From an uncultured Candidatus Saccharimonas sp. (GTDB lineage Bacteria > Patescibacteriota > Saccharimonadia > Saccharimonadales > Saccharimonadaceae), in NCBI GenBank assembly GCA_963528875.1, contig CAURWT010000001.1:258638-290637 (forward strand): a stretch of DNA of 32,000 nt, given 5' to 3'. Positions 1 through 9,488 of this stretch are shown piece by piece. How positions within the stretch are numbered: the stretch's first letter is position 1; every line of letters begins with the position of its first letter. The notes under the pieces are model-generated. The model searched no databases and was not told the DNA's origin. It saw nothing but the letters and a program-made list of their open reading frames with translations. Made by a program: the position numbers and the translations under genes.

Positions 1-450
1 TCAACAGTGAATACGATTATTGGTCAGCGGCTTGTTCGAAGAGTAGCAGCCAAGCGAAATACTTATCAATCTTCACCGCTTGAAACGCAAAGCATTATCG
101 AAACCGTGGGTCATTTACTACCAAAAACACCAGAGGAGGTAGAAAAAGTCTCAGCCGATTTGGGATATAAAAATCTACCTCTTGCAAACCAAAAGTCTTA
201 TACTCTTGTGAAGGGCCGTGATACGCCACAAACACCGGGTGGATATAAAGGGCGTGCAGGTCTATATGAAGTTATGGAGGTGACCGAAGAAATTCAACAG
301 CTTATCATTAAACATGCAACTTCGCACGAGGTTCAAAAAGTAGCAATGGCGCAAGGGATGATCACAATGCGCCAAGATGGATATCTTAAAGCTTTAACAG
401 GAATTACAACATTAGAAGAAGTCAATAGGGTTGCGTCTGATAGCGCATAA
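1..450 (+). CDS. pilB: Type IV pilus assembly ATPase, PilB/GspE family, C-terminal fragment (5' end lies upstream of the window)
   Basis: Frame 1 is open from nt 1. GQRLVRR...GGYKGRAGLYEVM...GITTLEEVNRV matches the C-terminal domain of GspE/PilB ATPases. It is followed directly by pilT-pilC-pilD. Confidence 0.8.
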   Translation, partial: STVNTIIGQRLVRRVAAKRNTYQSSPLETQSIIETVGHLLPKTPEEVEKVSADLGYKNLPLANQKSYTLVKGRDTPQTPGGYKGRAGLYEVMEVTEEIQQLIIKHATSHEVQKVAMAQGMITMRQDGYLKALTGITTLEEVNRVASDSA

Positions 451-462
451 AACGGGAGGAAT

Positions 463-1530
463 ATGAATCAAAATCTAAGAATAGAAATTTTACTTGAAGA
501 AATCGTTCGAAAAAACGCAAGCGATCTTCACTTACAAGTTGGTTTACCACCAATGATGCGGCTTGATGGTGTTTTGGCGCCATTCCCAGGATACAACCCA
601 TTAAATGCTGAAGAAGTTGAGCGTCTTGTTTTTGCGATTCTTGATGATGACCAGCAAAAAATTCTGATTAAAGATAAGGAATTTGACTTCTCATTTGCCT
701 TTGGTGATTTGGGTCGTTTTCGTGTTAATGCTTTTCATGAACGTGGTAATTTAGCAGCTTCGCTTCGTTTAATTCCGAATCAGATTAAAACTATTGCTGA
801 GCTTGGAATGCCACCAGTGATCCAGTCTTTTGCCGATTTTCCGCGTGGTTTAGTTTTAGTTACCGGGCCAACTGGTTCAGGAAAATCTACAACTCTTGCC
901 GCTTTGATTGATAAAATTAACAGCGAAAAAGCTCAGCATATCATTACGATTGAAGATCCGATTGAGTTTACACATAAATCGAAACGTTCAGCGATTGTTC
1001 AGCGAGAAGTTCATTATGACACTTATTCATTTTCTGCGGCTCTTCGAAGTTCGCTTCGTCAAGATCCAGATGTTGTTTTGATTGGCGAGATGCGTGATCT
1101 TGAAACGATTTCGGCTGCAATTACAATTGCTGAAACTGGGCACTTAGTGTTTGCAACGCTTCACACAAACTCTGCAGCGCAATCAATCGATCGTATGATT
1201 GATGTTTTTCCACCGCACCAACAGCCTCAAGTTCGTTCGCAGCTTGCTAATATTCTGCAAGGAATTTGTGCTCAACGACTTGTTCCTGCAATTGGCGGTG
1301 GGCGAGTTGTTGCGGCTGAAGTTATGGTTGCGAACCCTGCAATTCGAAATATTATTCGTGAAGGAAAAACTCATCAGCTTGATACTGTTATTCAAACTGG
1401 TTCCGACCAAGGGATGCAGACAATGGATAGAACGCTTGTTAAATTGGTGCAATCTGGCGTGGTAACTTATGATGATGCGCGCGAATTTGCGGTTGATTTA
1501 GTTGAATTTGAAAGGTTGATGAGAGGCTAA
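463..1530 (+). CDS. pilT: Twitching-motility / pilus retraction ATPase PilT
   Basis: 355 aa. Walker A GPTGSGKSTT, Walker B DPDVVLIGEMRD, His box TGHLVFATLHTNSA, and AQRL motif. SD GGGAGG lies upstream. Confidence 0.9.
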   Translation: MNQNLRIEILLEEIVRKNASDLHLQVGLPPMMRLDGVLAPFPGYNPLNAEEVERLVFAILDDDQQKILIKDKEFDFSFAFGDLGRFRVNAFHERGNLAASLRLIPNQIKTIAELGMPPVIQSFADFPRGLVLVTGPTGSGKSTTLAALIDKINSEKAQHIITIEDPIEFTHKSKRSAIVQREVHYDTYSFSAALRSSLRQDPDVVLIGEMRDLETISAAITIAETGHLVFATLHTNSAAQSIDRMIDVFPPHQQPQVRSQLANILQGICAQRLVPAIGGGRVVAAEVMVANPAIRNIIREGKTHQLDTVIQTGSDQGMQTMDRTLVKLVQSGVVTYDDAREFAVDLVEFERLMRG

Positions 1531-1531
1531 T

Positions 1532-2737
1532 ATGAAAAAATTTTCTTATAAAGTAAAAGATCGTGTTACTGGTAAAATCGTTAAAGGTGAAATTTCAGCA
1601 GATAGTCAGCGTGCGGCTGGAAAAGCTCTTATTGATCAAGGCTATATTTTGCAAGATGATATTTATGAAGTTGGCCAAGAAAACGCTTTGGCGAGGTTTA
1701 TGAACCGAATCACAACTAAGGATAAAATCGTCTTCACTCGTCAGTTTGCTACTTTGATTGGTGCAGGTTTACCTCTTGCACAGGCCCTTCGAACAGTTTC
1801 TGAGCAAACTGAAAATAAAAAGATGCGTTCAGTTGTTGATGACATTTTGGCTTCAGTTGAAAGTGGTTCAAGCTTGAAAGATGCTTTTTCGAAATTTCCA
1901 GATGTTTTCGATAAAGTTTATCTTGCTTTGATTGCTGCTGGTGAAATGTCAGGAACACTTGATGAATCGCTTCGCCGTGTTGCAACTCAGCAAGAAAAAG
2001 ACGCGGCAATGATGAGTAAGATTCGTGGGGCTTTAACTTACCCAGTAATTGTGCTTGTAGTTATTGGTCTTGTGATGGCGTTTATGATGGTGCAGGTTGT
2101 TCCTCAAGTTAAGCAGCTCTATAAAGATATGCACCAAGAATTGCCATTTGCAACACAAATTCTTATTGGAATATCCGACTTTATGATTAACTTCTGGTGG
2201 CTTGTTTTAGTTGGACTAGGTGTTGCTGGTTATTTCTTCCGCCAATATCTTAAAACCGAATCAGGAATTAAATTTGCGGCAAATTTCAAACTAAATGTTC
2301 CATTATTTAGTCCGCTATTTCGAAAGCTTTATATGGCACGATTTGCAAGAACTGGTCAGCTTTTGCTTTCAACTGGTGTTGCAATGCTTGATATGCTCAA
2401 CATTTGTGGCGATGCGATGAATAATGTTATTGTGAAAAAGAGTATTGATGAAGCCGGAAAACTCGTTCAAGGCGGTAAAAGTCTTTCAGAATCTTTAAAG
2501 GGTAAAGATTATATTTTGGATATGGTGCCACAAATGATTAACATTGGTGAGCAATCTGGTAAAATTGATGAAATGCTTGGCAAAACCGCGCAGGTTTATG
2601 AAGATGAACTTGATGAGCAAATTAAAGCTATTTCAACCTTGATTGAGCCAATCTTGATGGTTGTGATGGCATTGATGGCGGGTGGTTTGATTGGTGCAAT
2701 TTTGTTCCCAATTTACTCGCTAGTTACAAAAGTTTAA
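1532..2737 (+). CDS. pilC: Type IV pilus platform protein PilC (GspF family)
   Basis: 401 aa with two GspF-like repeats (FTRQFATLIGAGLPL..., FARTGQLLLSTGVAM...) and 3 TM segments. Starts 1 nt after the pilT stop. Confidence 0.9.
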   Translation: MKKFSYKVKDRVTGKIVKGEISADSQRAAGKALIDQGYILQDDIYEVGQENALARFMNRITTKDKIVFTRQFATLIGAGLPLAQALRTVSEQTENKKMRSVVDDILASVESGSSLKDAFSKFPDVFDKVYLALIAAGEMSGTLDESLRRVATQQEKDAAMMSKIRGALTYPVIVLVVIGLVMAFMMVQVVPQVKQLYKDMHQELPFATQILIGISDFMINFWWLVLVGLGVAGYFFRQYLKTESGIKFAANFKLNVPLFSPLFRKLYMARFARTGQLLLSTGVAMLDMLNICGDAMNNVIVKKSIDEAGKLVQGGKSLSESLKGKDYILDMVPQMINIGEQSGKIDEMLGKTAQVYEDELDEQIKAISTLIEPILMVVMALMAGGLIGAILFPIYSLVTKV

Positions 2738-2755
2738 TTTTTCGAAAGGAAGAGA

Positions 2756-3658
2756 GTGGAGAATTTTCTATTAAGTTTAATTTGTGGCGTAATTGGTGCC
2801 GTTTTGGGTAGTTTTTCGGTTGCCCAAGTTTGGCGATTGCGTGCAAAACAACTTCAAGAAGAGAGAGAATCTGGTAAAAAAGTTGATTCTACTGAATGGA
2901 AAAAACTCTGCTCTTTAGTTTCGGTTAAAACAAAAAATGACCGCTCGCATTGTTTGAACTGCAACTATCAACTAAAATGGTTTGATTTAATTCCAATTAT
3001 TTCTTGGCTTTCACTTGGCGGAAAATGTCGTAAATGCCGTTCGAAAATCGGCTCGCTTGAATTTTTATCTGAAATTTTAATGTTTGCGCTTTTTGCGATT
3101 ATTTTCTTAATTTTTAACCCGATTTCGAATGGCACAATTTTAGTTTTGCCAGCAATTAGACTTTTCATTTTATTAATTTCTCTGGTTCCGCTTGCAATTA
3201 TGTTTATTTATGATGCTAAGTGGTCACTTTTGCCAACCAAACTTCTGTATATTTTTAATATTTTAGCGTTTATTTATTGGGCAACTGGGTTTTTGACAGT
3301 TTCTGGTGGATTTAATTTAAGATCCATTTTTTACTTAGTAATTTCAATGATGTTCTTCCCGTTGATCTATTTTGTGCTTGCAAAAATTTCGAAAGAGCAA
3401 TGGGTTGGTGGTGGCGACTGGATTTTGGCAGTTGGCTTGATTTTTCTTTTACCAAACCACCCAGTTTTTGCAATTTTTCTACTTTTCCTTTCGAATGTTG
3501 TGGGCTTGGTTTTTGCAGTTTTCCAATCTATCTTGCATTTTCGAAAAGTTAAACGTGGAACACAAATTCCATTTGGTCCGGCAATGATTTTAGCGGCTTT
3601 AATTTTGTTAGCCCTTCAACAGCAAATTTTGGTATTTTTTATCAATTTGATAATGTAA
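2756..3658 (+). CDS. pilD: Prepilin peptidase / N-methyltransferase PilD (A24 family)
   Basis: Polytopic membrane protein. Cys pairs CLNC...CRKC, Asp motifs IYDAKWSLLP and GGGDWIL. GTG start follows an AAGGAAG SD. Confidence 0.85.
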   Translation: MENFLLSLICGVIGAVLGSFSVAQVWRLRAKQLQEERESGKKVDSTEWKKLCSLVSVKTKNDRSHCLNCNYQLKWFDLIPIISWLSLGGKCRKCRSKIGSLEFLSEILMFALFAIIFLIFNPISNGTILVLPAIRLFILLISLVPLAIMFIYDAKWSLLPTKLLYIFNILAFIYWATGFLTVSGGFNLRSIFYLVISMMFFPLIYFVLAKISKEQWVGGGDWILAVGLIFLLPNHPVFAIFLLFLSNVVGLVFAVFQSILHFRKVKRGTQIPFGPAMILAALILLALQQQILVFFINLIM

Positions 3659-3691
3659 AAATAAAAAGCTTATGGTATAATAGGAGTAAAT

Positions 3692-4759
3692 ATGGAAAAC
3701 TTTACAATGAAAAAAGCTTTTACAATTATTGAAGTGATACTTGTTTTGGGTATCTCTGGTTTAATGTTAGCAACTATGCTTGTTGGCTGGAATGCTAGTA
3801 TTGAAAAACAGCGCTATAATGATTCAGTGAATACTTTTAAATCAGATATTCAGGGTGTGTTTTCGGATGTAGAAAATCAAACTAACGATAAGGGTTCTAC
3901 AAAAATTAAATGTGACACGTCTGGTGTAAATATAAGTATTTTAAAAGATAATGGCGGCAAATTAACGGGTTCAAGCAATTGTGTAATACTTGGAAAGTAT
4001 ATCTCTCTATATAATGGGAATGTTATTCCTGGGAATGAAAATGCAACTCTTGGACAAGAGCGATTCAGGGTTTTTGATGTTATAGGAAAAGATATAGATA
4101 CATCAAAGGATTGTCGGGCTATAGATGAGAATGGTAGATTACATGGTGATTTGCGAGCATGTAGAAATAGTATAGAAGCCTTACGTGCAACAAAATTTGT
4201 TCTTGATGGTGGTAAGAATAGTGTAAAAGGCCCAAAAGATATAGAATTGCAATGGCGCGGAACATATAAAAATGTTACAGATAATAGGATAACTAGTGCT
4301 AGTGGGATACGAGCATTCAGCCACAAAAGTGCAGTTACCTCAATAACAAGTGGCGATAATAAGTGGCATGGTTTAGATACGATCACAGGCGTTTTGATAT
4401 TAAGATCTCCTATTGATAATTCAATAATTTCTTTCGGCACTTCAGCAATGATAGAACATGGTTCTCTTGATGATGATGGTCTTATAGCCGCTTTTAGAGA
4501 TATAAATATAAATAGTGATTTTGTTATCAAAAATGGGAAAACAGTTAATGTTTGCGTTCGACCTTCTAACGACGGAGTGCAATGGTATGCTGGTGGCTTC
4601 AATTTCTTCGGCGATAGAAATAAAGTTGTAAAAATTGGACCTTCAGCTTCTGCTGTTGAAATCGCACCTCTTGACGGTCCTAAGGGCTCTTCTTGTGGTG
4701 GTGATAGAAAAGGAGATGCAAGATTTGGTGATGTAATAATTGATGGAAAGAAATTATAA
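3692..4759 (+). CDS. Large pilin-like protein with a prepilin-type N-terminal cleavage/methylation signal
   Basis: N-terminus MKKA|FTIIEVILVLGISGLMLA: class III signal, Glu at +5, hydrophobic helix. The ~320-aa C-terminal domain has 6 Cys. Alternative start at 3707. Confidence 0.7.
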   Translation: MENFTMKKAFTIIEVILVLGISGLMLATMLVGWNASIEKQRYNDSVNTFKSDIQGVFSDVENQTNDKGSTKIKCDTSGVNISILKDNGGKLTGSSNCVILGKYISLYNGNVIPGNENATLGQERFRVFDVIGKDIDTSKDCRAIDENGRLHGDLRACRNSIEALRATKFVLDGGKNSVKGPKDIELQWRGTYKNVTDNRITSASGIRAFSHKSAVTSITSGDNKWHGLDTITGVLILRSPIDNSIISFGTSAMIEHGSLDDDGLIAAFRDININSDFVIKNGKTVNVCVRPSNDGVQWYAGGFNFFGDRNKVVKIGPSASAVEIAPLDGPKGSSCGGDRKGDARFGDVIIDGKKL

Positions 4760-5370
4760 TGAAATTTCGAAAAGGTGATACATTAATTGAAGTGCTTCTT
4801 GCTATTGCTGTTTTTGCAACTGTAATGATGATTGGGTTGACTACAATGAATAATGGAATGTCGCGTGCGCTAGCAAGTTTGCAGCTTACTATGGCGCGAA
4901 ATGCTATGGACACTCAAGCAGAAGCTTTGCGTTTTGCGAATGCGGCGTTTATTTCTGAATATCGCGCAGATAGTTCAGAAGTTTCAAGTCCTGCAGCAGA
5001 ATTATGGAAAAACAGCTTAACGAAAGATGCTCAAGGCTCAGCAACCCCACTTGGGGAATGTAGTCGAGGCTCAAGTGCTTTTGTTATTTCGACAAGAGAT
5101 ATGGTGACGAATCGTGGTTATCATAATGAAAAAATAGTTAATGCAATAACTTATCCACGAATTGCTTATGGTGATGATAAAGATAATAATGCGAACTGGC
5201 TACGCGATGACCTTCCTTATAGAAGTGCACAAGGTATTTGGGTTGAGAAAGTTCACGCTCCAAATACAAAATATTATGATTTTCATATTCGTGCATGTTG
5301 GTCCGCACCAGGAACTAACGTAAAAACAACTCTTGGAACGATTGTGAGGTTATATGACCCAAGGAACTAA
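4759..5370 (+). CDS. Pilin-like (minor pilin / pseudopilin) protein
   Basis: MKFRKG|DTLIEVLLAIAVFATVMM prepilin signal with E+5. TAATG overlap with the upstream gene. Confidence 0.7.
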   Translation: MKFRKGDTLIEVLLAIAVFATVMMIGLTTMNNGMSRALASLQLTMARNAMDTQAEALRFANAAFISEYRADSSEVSSPAAELWKNSLTKDAQGSATPLGECSRGSSAFVISTRDMVTNRGYHNEKIVNAITYPRIAYGDDKDNNANWLRDDLPYRSAQGIWVEKVHAPNTKYYDFHIRACWSAPGTNVKTTLGTIVRLYDPRN

Positions 5371-6028
5371 AAAAGGTTTTACGATTATGGAATTAATGCT
5401 AGCAATGGGCGTGATTGCGTTTCTGCTCGTTGGTGTTGCTGGCTTAATTATTCAAATGACGAACACGATTACTCGTGGAACAACTTATAAAGATTTGAAC
5501 GCTGCTGCTCGCACAATTAATGCAGATTTTACTAAGACTTTCAATTCTTCACCAATGCTTGATGATTGGAATGGTGGTGTTGATGGTAAATTTTATAAAT
5601 CTACTGGTGCGGCCGGCGCATTTTGTACCGGAACTGTGAGCTACTTGTGGAATATAGGAGATGGAAGACAGATAGTTTTTAGTGATATTAGTGCCGTTAA
5701 ATTAGTAAAAGTTCGCGATACTGCTAGATCTTATTGCGCTGATGGTGCCGAAAATACAATTTGGCGAAGGGTGCCTCGAGACAACAATGTTACAGATATT
5801 CTAACTAGTAGTGAAATCGACCTTCGATTACATGGAATTAATTTTTCAACCTCGCCTAATTTAAAAAATAGTGCATCAAACCAAATGATCGTTAATATTT
5901 CTTATATTCTAGGAACGCCAAACAATGGCGATATAGATGTAAGCACATATAATTGTGAAGGCAATATTAAAAGTAATTATTGCGCAGTTAATAGATTCGA
6001 TTTGACTGTTCGAACTCTTGGTAAATAA
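5354..6028 (+). CDS. Pilin-like (minor pilin / pseudopilin) protein
   Basis: MTQGTKKG|FTIMELMLAMGVIAFLLVG prepilin signal with E+5. 17-nt overlap with the upstream gene. Confidence 0.7.
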   Translation: MTQGTKKGFTIMELMLAMGVIAFLLVGVAGLIIQMTNTITRGTTYKDLNAAARTINADFTKTFNSSPMLDDWNGGVDGKFYKSTGAAGAFCTGTVSYLWNIGDGRQIVFSDISAVKLVKVRDTARSYCADGAENTIWRRVPRDNNVTDILTSSEIDLRLHGINFSTSPNLKNSASNQMIVNISYILGTPNNGDIDVSTYNCEGNIKSNYCAVNRFDLTVRTLGK

Positions 6029-6054
6029 AAAGTGGCTTTCGAAGGGTCACTTTT
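6028..6054. terminator. Bidirectional hairpin between the convergent pilin operon and the xer gene
   Basis: AAAAGTG...CACTTTT stem with A-run and T-run flanks. TTCGAA (6038-6043) sits at the apex. Confidence 0.5.
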
Positions 6055-6970
6055 ATTCTGTTTCGCTGTGAAATTTCTCGTGAATTTCTTTTAAATGCTG
6101 GTCAGTGATATGTGTATAGATTTGTGTTGTTGCAATACTGGCATGGCCAAGCATTCCTTGCACTGATCGCAAATCCGCACCATTTACGAGTAAATCTGTT
6201 GCAAAAGAATGTCGCATTGTGTGGGGCGAAACATGTTTTGTGATTCCGGCAAGTTTTGCGTATTTTTCAACCATTCTTTGCACCGAACGTGGTGTAATTC
6301 GCCGATAATTTCCATCGGTTGAAGGTTTTTTGTATCGTCGCGAATAATTTAAAAATAACGGTTGTAAGTTATCATTTCGAGCGTCTAAATAATTTTCGAT
6401 ATGCTCTGCGGATTTTTTCGAAATAAAAATTGGTCGGTCTTTGTTTCCTTTTCCGCGAACGGTAAATTCACGCCGCTTTGTATTGATGCTTCCACGGTTT
6501 AAATTCACAAGCTCAGAAACACGCAAACCGCTCGAAAAGAGTAATTCCACAATTGCGCGGTCTCGTAAATCACTCTCGGTTTCATTTGGAATCTCAGCAA
6601 TTAAGCGCTCAATTTCTTCATAATGCAAAAAATTCACTTGTGGCTTTACAATTTTTGGTAGCTCAATCTTTGAAGGCTCCAAGCTTTTAATATCGCGCCG
6701 AGCGAGATAAGTTAAAAATCTTCGAAGGGCAATTAGGTGATAAGCTTGTGTAGCTCGCCCTAAATCTTTGCCAAATTCATTTTCGTAACGATTAAGCCAT
6801 AAACGATATTTTCGAACTAATTCTGAGGTAATTTCTTTTGCTGGAATATCGCCAGCAAATTCAACAAATCGCTCCAAATAAAGCCGATAATTCTCGGCCG
6901 TCTTTTTCGAACGGCCACCTTCAACTTCGAGCGATTCAATAAAATCTTCAATTCCTTCAGAAATATACAT
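6053..6970 (-). CDS. Tyrosine recombinase, XerC/XerD family
   Basis: 305 aa. SAM-like N-domain. C-terminal catalytic signature RHSFATDLL...GHASIATTQIYTH. Confidence 0.85.
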   Translation of the reverse strand: MYISEGIEDFIESLEVEGGRSKKTAENYRLYLERFVEFAGDIPAKEITSELVRKYRLWLNRYENEFGKDLGRATQAYHLIALRRFLTYLARRDIKSLEPSKIELPKIVKPQVNFLHYEEIERLIAEIPNETESDLRDRAIVELLFSSGLRVSELVNLNRGSINTKRREFTVRGKGNKDRPIFISKKSAEHIENYLDARNDNLQPLFLNYSRRYKKPSTDGNYRRITPRSVQRMVEKYAKLAGITKHVSPHTMRHSFATDLLVNGADLRSVQGMLGHASIATTQIYTHITDQHLKEIHEKFHSETE

Positions 6971-7036
6971 AATCTTATTATAGCATTTTTTTATAAAAAA
7001 TAGTATAATTTATGAAGAAGTCTAAGAAGGAGTTTT

Positions 7037-7546
7037 ATGCCGAAAGAATTAATTCAGCGAACATTAATTTTATTTAAGCCAGATGCTGTTCAGCGTGGAA
7101 TTGTGGGAGAGATTTTAACGCGTTTCGAAAGGGTTGGTTTGAAAATAATCGGCACAAAAATGATTTTCCCAAGCAAAGAGCATTATCACAAGCACTATGA
7201 AGGAATTGGCAAAATGGTTACACGGCGTGGTGAAAAAGCTTTTGACATGGCGCTAGAATTTATGACTCAAGGGCCTGTCATTGCAATGGTTTTTGAAGGT
7301 GTGGAGGCGGTTGAATTGGTCCGAAAACTTGTTGGCGGAACTGAACCAAAAACGGCACTTCCTGGTACAATTCGTGGAGATTATTCGCACATGAGTTTTG
7401 GCTATGCAGATGAGCACAATGTTGGGATTCCGAATCTAATTCATGCTTCAGGTAGTATTGAAGAAGCTAAACAAGAAATTTCACACTGGTTTTCAGATTT
7501 CGAAATTTACGATTATACTTCACCTCGCGAAAAATTTACGCGTTAA
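7037..7546 (+). CDS. ndk: Nucleoside diphosphate kinase
   Basis: LILFKPDAVQRGIVGEIL..., catalytic His in NLIHASGS. SD AAGGAG upstream. Confidence 0.9.
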   Translation: MPKELIQRTLILFKPDAVQRGIVGEILTRFERVGLKIIGTKMIFPSKEHYHKHYEGIGKMVTRRGEKAFDMALEFMTQGPVIAMVFEGVEAVELVRKLVGGTEPKTALPGTIRGDYSHMSFGYADEHNVGIPNLIHASGSIEEAKQEISHWFSDFEIYDYTSPREKFTR

Positions 7547-7570
7547 AATCTCGCTATTTTTTAAAAAATC

Positions 7571-7579
7571 TGGTAAAAT
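7571..7579 (+). promoter_or_regulatory. Extended -10 promoter (TGgTAAAAT) for tRNA-Arg
   Basis: TGnTAWAAT motif 10 nt upstream of the mature tRNA 5' end. The same motif and geometry recur before other RNA genes here. Confidence 0.5.
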
Positions 7580-7589
7580 AGAGTAGTGA

Positions 7590-7666
7590 GCCTCGGTAGC
7601 TCAATTGGATAGAGCAGTTCCGTCCTAAGGAAAAGGTTATAGGTTCGATTCCTATCCGGGGTACCA
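7590..7666 (+). tRNA. tRNA-Arg (anticodon CCT)
   Basis: Hand-folded cloverleaf: acceptor GCCTCGG/CCGGGGT, T arm ATAGG-TTCGATT-CCTAT, anticodon loop GTCCTAA, encoded CCA. 77 nt. Confidence 0.85.
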
Positions 7667-7678
7667 CTAAATTTATTT

Positions 7679-8194
7679 ATGAAAGAACAAATTTTTAAAG
7701 GTCAAAGAGAAGGCGAAGAATTTCTCTTTATGTTTCGAAAGCATATTATTGCAATGCGAAAGGGTTTTTACCTTTTTTTGGGTATTTTTGCGATTTCTTG
7801 TTTGCCAACATTTTTTATGCTAACATCAGATAATCTAATGGATGCACTTTGGATTGCTTTTGGTGGATTTATTGTTGGTTTGATTTTATTTTTTTATCAA
7901 TTCATGCTTTGGTATTATTCTCTTTACATTGTTTCGAATGAGCGGATTCGCCAGATTACACAAAAAGGCTTTTTTGGGCGAAAAATGATGGACTTACCGC
8001 TTTCGAAAATTCAAAGTGTTAATTTTGAAATTCCAGGTTTTTTTGGTGAAATTTTCCATTTTGGAACAATCAATATTTTTACAATCGTGGGTGATTTAGA
8101 AATTAAAAATGTTGAACATCCAGAAGAGATTTATAATAAAATTCAAGATGCGATTTCGAAAGTTGAAATGGAGGGAGAAAATGAAGAATATTAG
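7679..8194 (+). CDS. Membrane protein with a bacterial PH-like (YdbS/YdbT-type) domain
   Basis: Two TM helices followed by a segment resembling the bPH_2 fold (RIRQITQKGFFGRKMMDLPLSKIQSV...). No SD. ATG lies 12 nt after tRNA-Arg. Confidence 0.55.
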   Translation: MKEQIFKGQREGEEFLFMFRKHIIAMRKGFYLFLGIFAISCLPTFFMLTSDNLMDALWIAFGGFIVGLILFFYQFMLWYYSLYIVSNERIRQITQKGFFGRKMMDLPLSKIQSVNFEIPGFFGEIFHFGTINIFTIVGDLEIKNVEHPEEIYNKIQDAISKVEMEGENEEY

Positions 8195-9230
8195 AGAAAA
8201 AGCCAAAAAAATTAGAGATAAGGTTTCAAAAAAACCTGAATCTCACGAAAGCCAGATTGCAAAAATTACAAATACGACACTTGAAGAACAACGTCGTGAG
8301 ATTTTGAATAAGGGTAAAAAATTTAAATATCCTGTGCAATATAGCAAAAATCGTTTAGTGATTAACGCCTTAATTATTGCTGGTGTAATTCTAATTACAG
8401 GTGCAAGTTTGCTTTGGTATCAGCTTTATCAAGCTCAAAATACCAGTGAGTTTGTTTATCGTTTTACAACCATATTGCCGTTTCCAATTGCAAAAGTTGA
8501 TGGTGAGGAAGCACTTTATAGTGATTATTTGATGGAATATCGGGCGAATATGCAAATTGCAAATACTAAAAAAGATGAAATTGAAGGAGCGAATAATATA
8601 AGCGCACTTTCAACTTTAAACAAATCAAAAGCAATGAAAAATGCAATCGCAAATGCTTATGTTCAAAAAAAGGCTCGTGAACTTGGAATTTCAGTTTCAG
8701 ATAAAGAAATTAGTGAAGCTTTTGATGCACAGAGAAAAATACAAAATACCGAGCTTACTGAAAGCGCTTTATATAAAATTGCGGCTGATAATTATAATCT
8801 TTCGCCAAGTGAATATCGCCGAATGTTTATTGAATTGCCACTACTTCGCCGAAAAGTGACTGCACAAATTGATAAAACGGCTGAAAATCTTAAAAATGAG
8901 GTTTCGAAATATTTAAGTGAAAATGCAAATAATTTTTCGAAAGCTGTTGAACATTTTGGCGATAAAATTGAATACGCAAAACCTGGAAAAGTTCGAAAAA
9001 CTAACATTGATGGTGGTCGTTCTAAAATTGCTGCAGGATTGAAAGTTGGTGAAGTTTCGAAACCGTTTATTTCAAACTCGGGTGATGGCTATTATATCGT
9101 TAAATTGATTGAAAAAACTGATAATGAAGTTAGTTATGAATCGATAAAAATTAAATTTACTGAGTTCAATAAACAACTTGAACAGCTCGAAAGAGATGGT
9201 AAGATTCAAAAATATATTAAAGTTGACTAA
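8181..9230 (+). CDS. Membrane-anchored SurA/PpiD/PrsA-like chaperone with a degenerate parvulin-like C-terminal region
   Basis: I prefer ATG 8181 (SD GGAGGG 8 nt upstream) over the track start at 8109. One TM, a SurA-N-like helical region, C-terminal GEVSKPFISNSGDGYYIVKL. Confidence 0.5.
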   Translation: MKNIREKAKKIRDKVSKKPESHESQIAKITNTTLEEQRREILNKGKKFKYPVQYSKNRLVINALIIAGVILITGASLLWYQLYQAQNTSEFVYRFTTILPFPIAKVDGEEALYSDYLMEYRANMQIANTKKDEIEGANNISALSTLNKSKAMKNAIANAYVQKKARELGISVSDKEISEAFDAQRKIQNTELTESALYKIAADNYNLSPSEYRRMFIELPLLRRKVTAQIDKTAENLKNEVSKYLSENANNFSKAVEHFGDKIEYAKPGKVRKTNIDGGRSKIAAGLKVGEVSKPFISNSGDGYYIVKLIEKTDNEVSYESIKIKFTEFNKQLEQLERDGKIQKYIKVD

Positions 9231-9237
9231 ATAAATT

Positions 9238-9267
9238 GCACAGCAAAAGCTGTGCTTTTTATTTTTT
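9238..9267 (+). terminator. Rho-independent terminator
   Basis: GCACAGC-AAAA-GCTGTGC followed by TTTTTATTTTTT. Confidence 0.65.
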
Positions 9268-9332
9268 ACCTCAAAGGATTAATAATTAAAAAATAAAAAA
9301 TCGCCGGAAAGCGATTCTTTAAAGTCTAAATT

Positions 9333-9410
9333 TGGCGCGCCCGACCGGATTCGAACCGGCGATCTCCTCCGTGACAGGGAGGCGTACTAGGCCAACTATA
9401 CCACGAGCGC
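9333..9410 (-). tRNA. tRNA-Asp (anticodon GTC)
   Basis: Reverse complement folds as acceptor GCGCTCG/CGGGCGC, anticodon loop CTGTCAC, T arm GCCGG-TTCGAAT-CCGGT, encoded CCA. Confidence 0.9.
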
Positions 9411-9488
9411 ATTGGTAGACTAATACAATTTTATCAGACTCCCAGCAAAAAATCAAGCACTTTTTTGGTTTATTTTTCAAAAAGTTTG

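Noticed and set aside
1183-1465. ORFs 1183..1452(-) and 1199..1465(+) inside pilT
   Set aside because: They are shadow or alternate-frame ORFs within a confidently identified PilT gene. Composition is low-complexity and there are no RBS signals.
3877-4602. 241-aa antisense ORF opposite the first pilin-like gene
   Set aside because: It is fully embedded antisense to an ORF that has a clear prepilin signal and operon context. It has no start signals, so it is likely a stop-poor antisense-frame artefact.
6053-6970. Xer-type recombinase as a marker of a mobile element next to the pilus operon
   Set aside because: Its length and motifs fit chromosomal XerC/XerD. There are no flanking repeats, att-like sites or cargo genes, and ndk follows immediately.
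8109-8180. Upstream extension of the SurA/PpiD-like ORF (track start 8109)
   Set aside because: The extension overlaps the preceding gene by 86 nt and has no SD. ATG 8181 has a GGAGGG SD and gives a sensible basic N-terminus followed by a TM segment.
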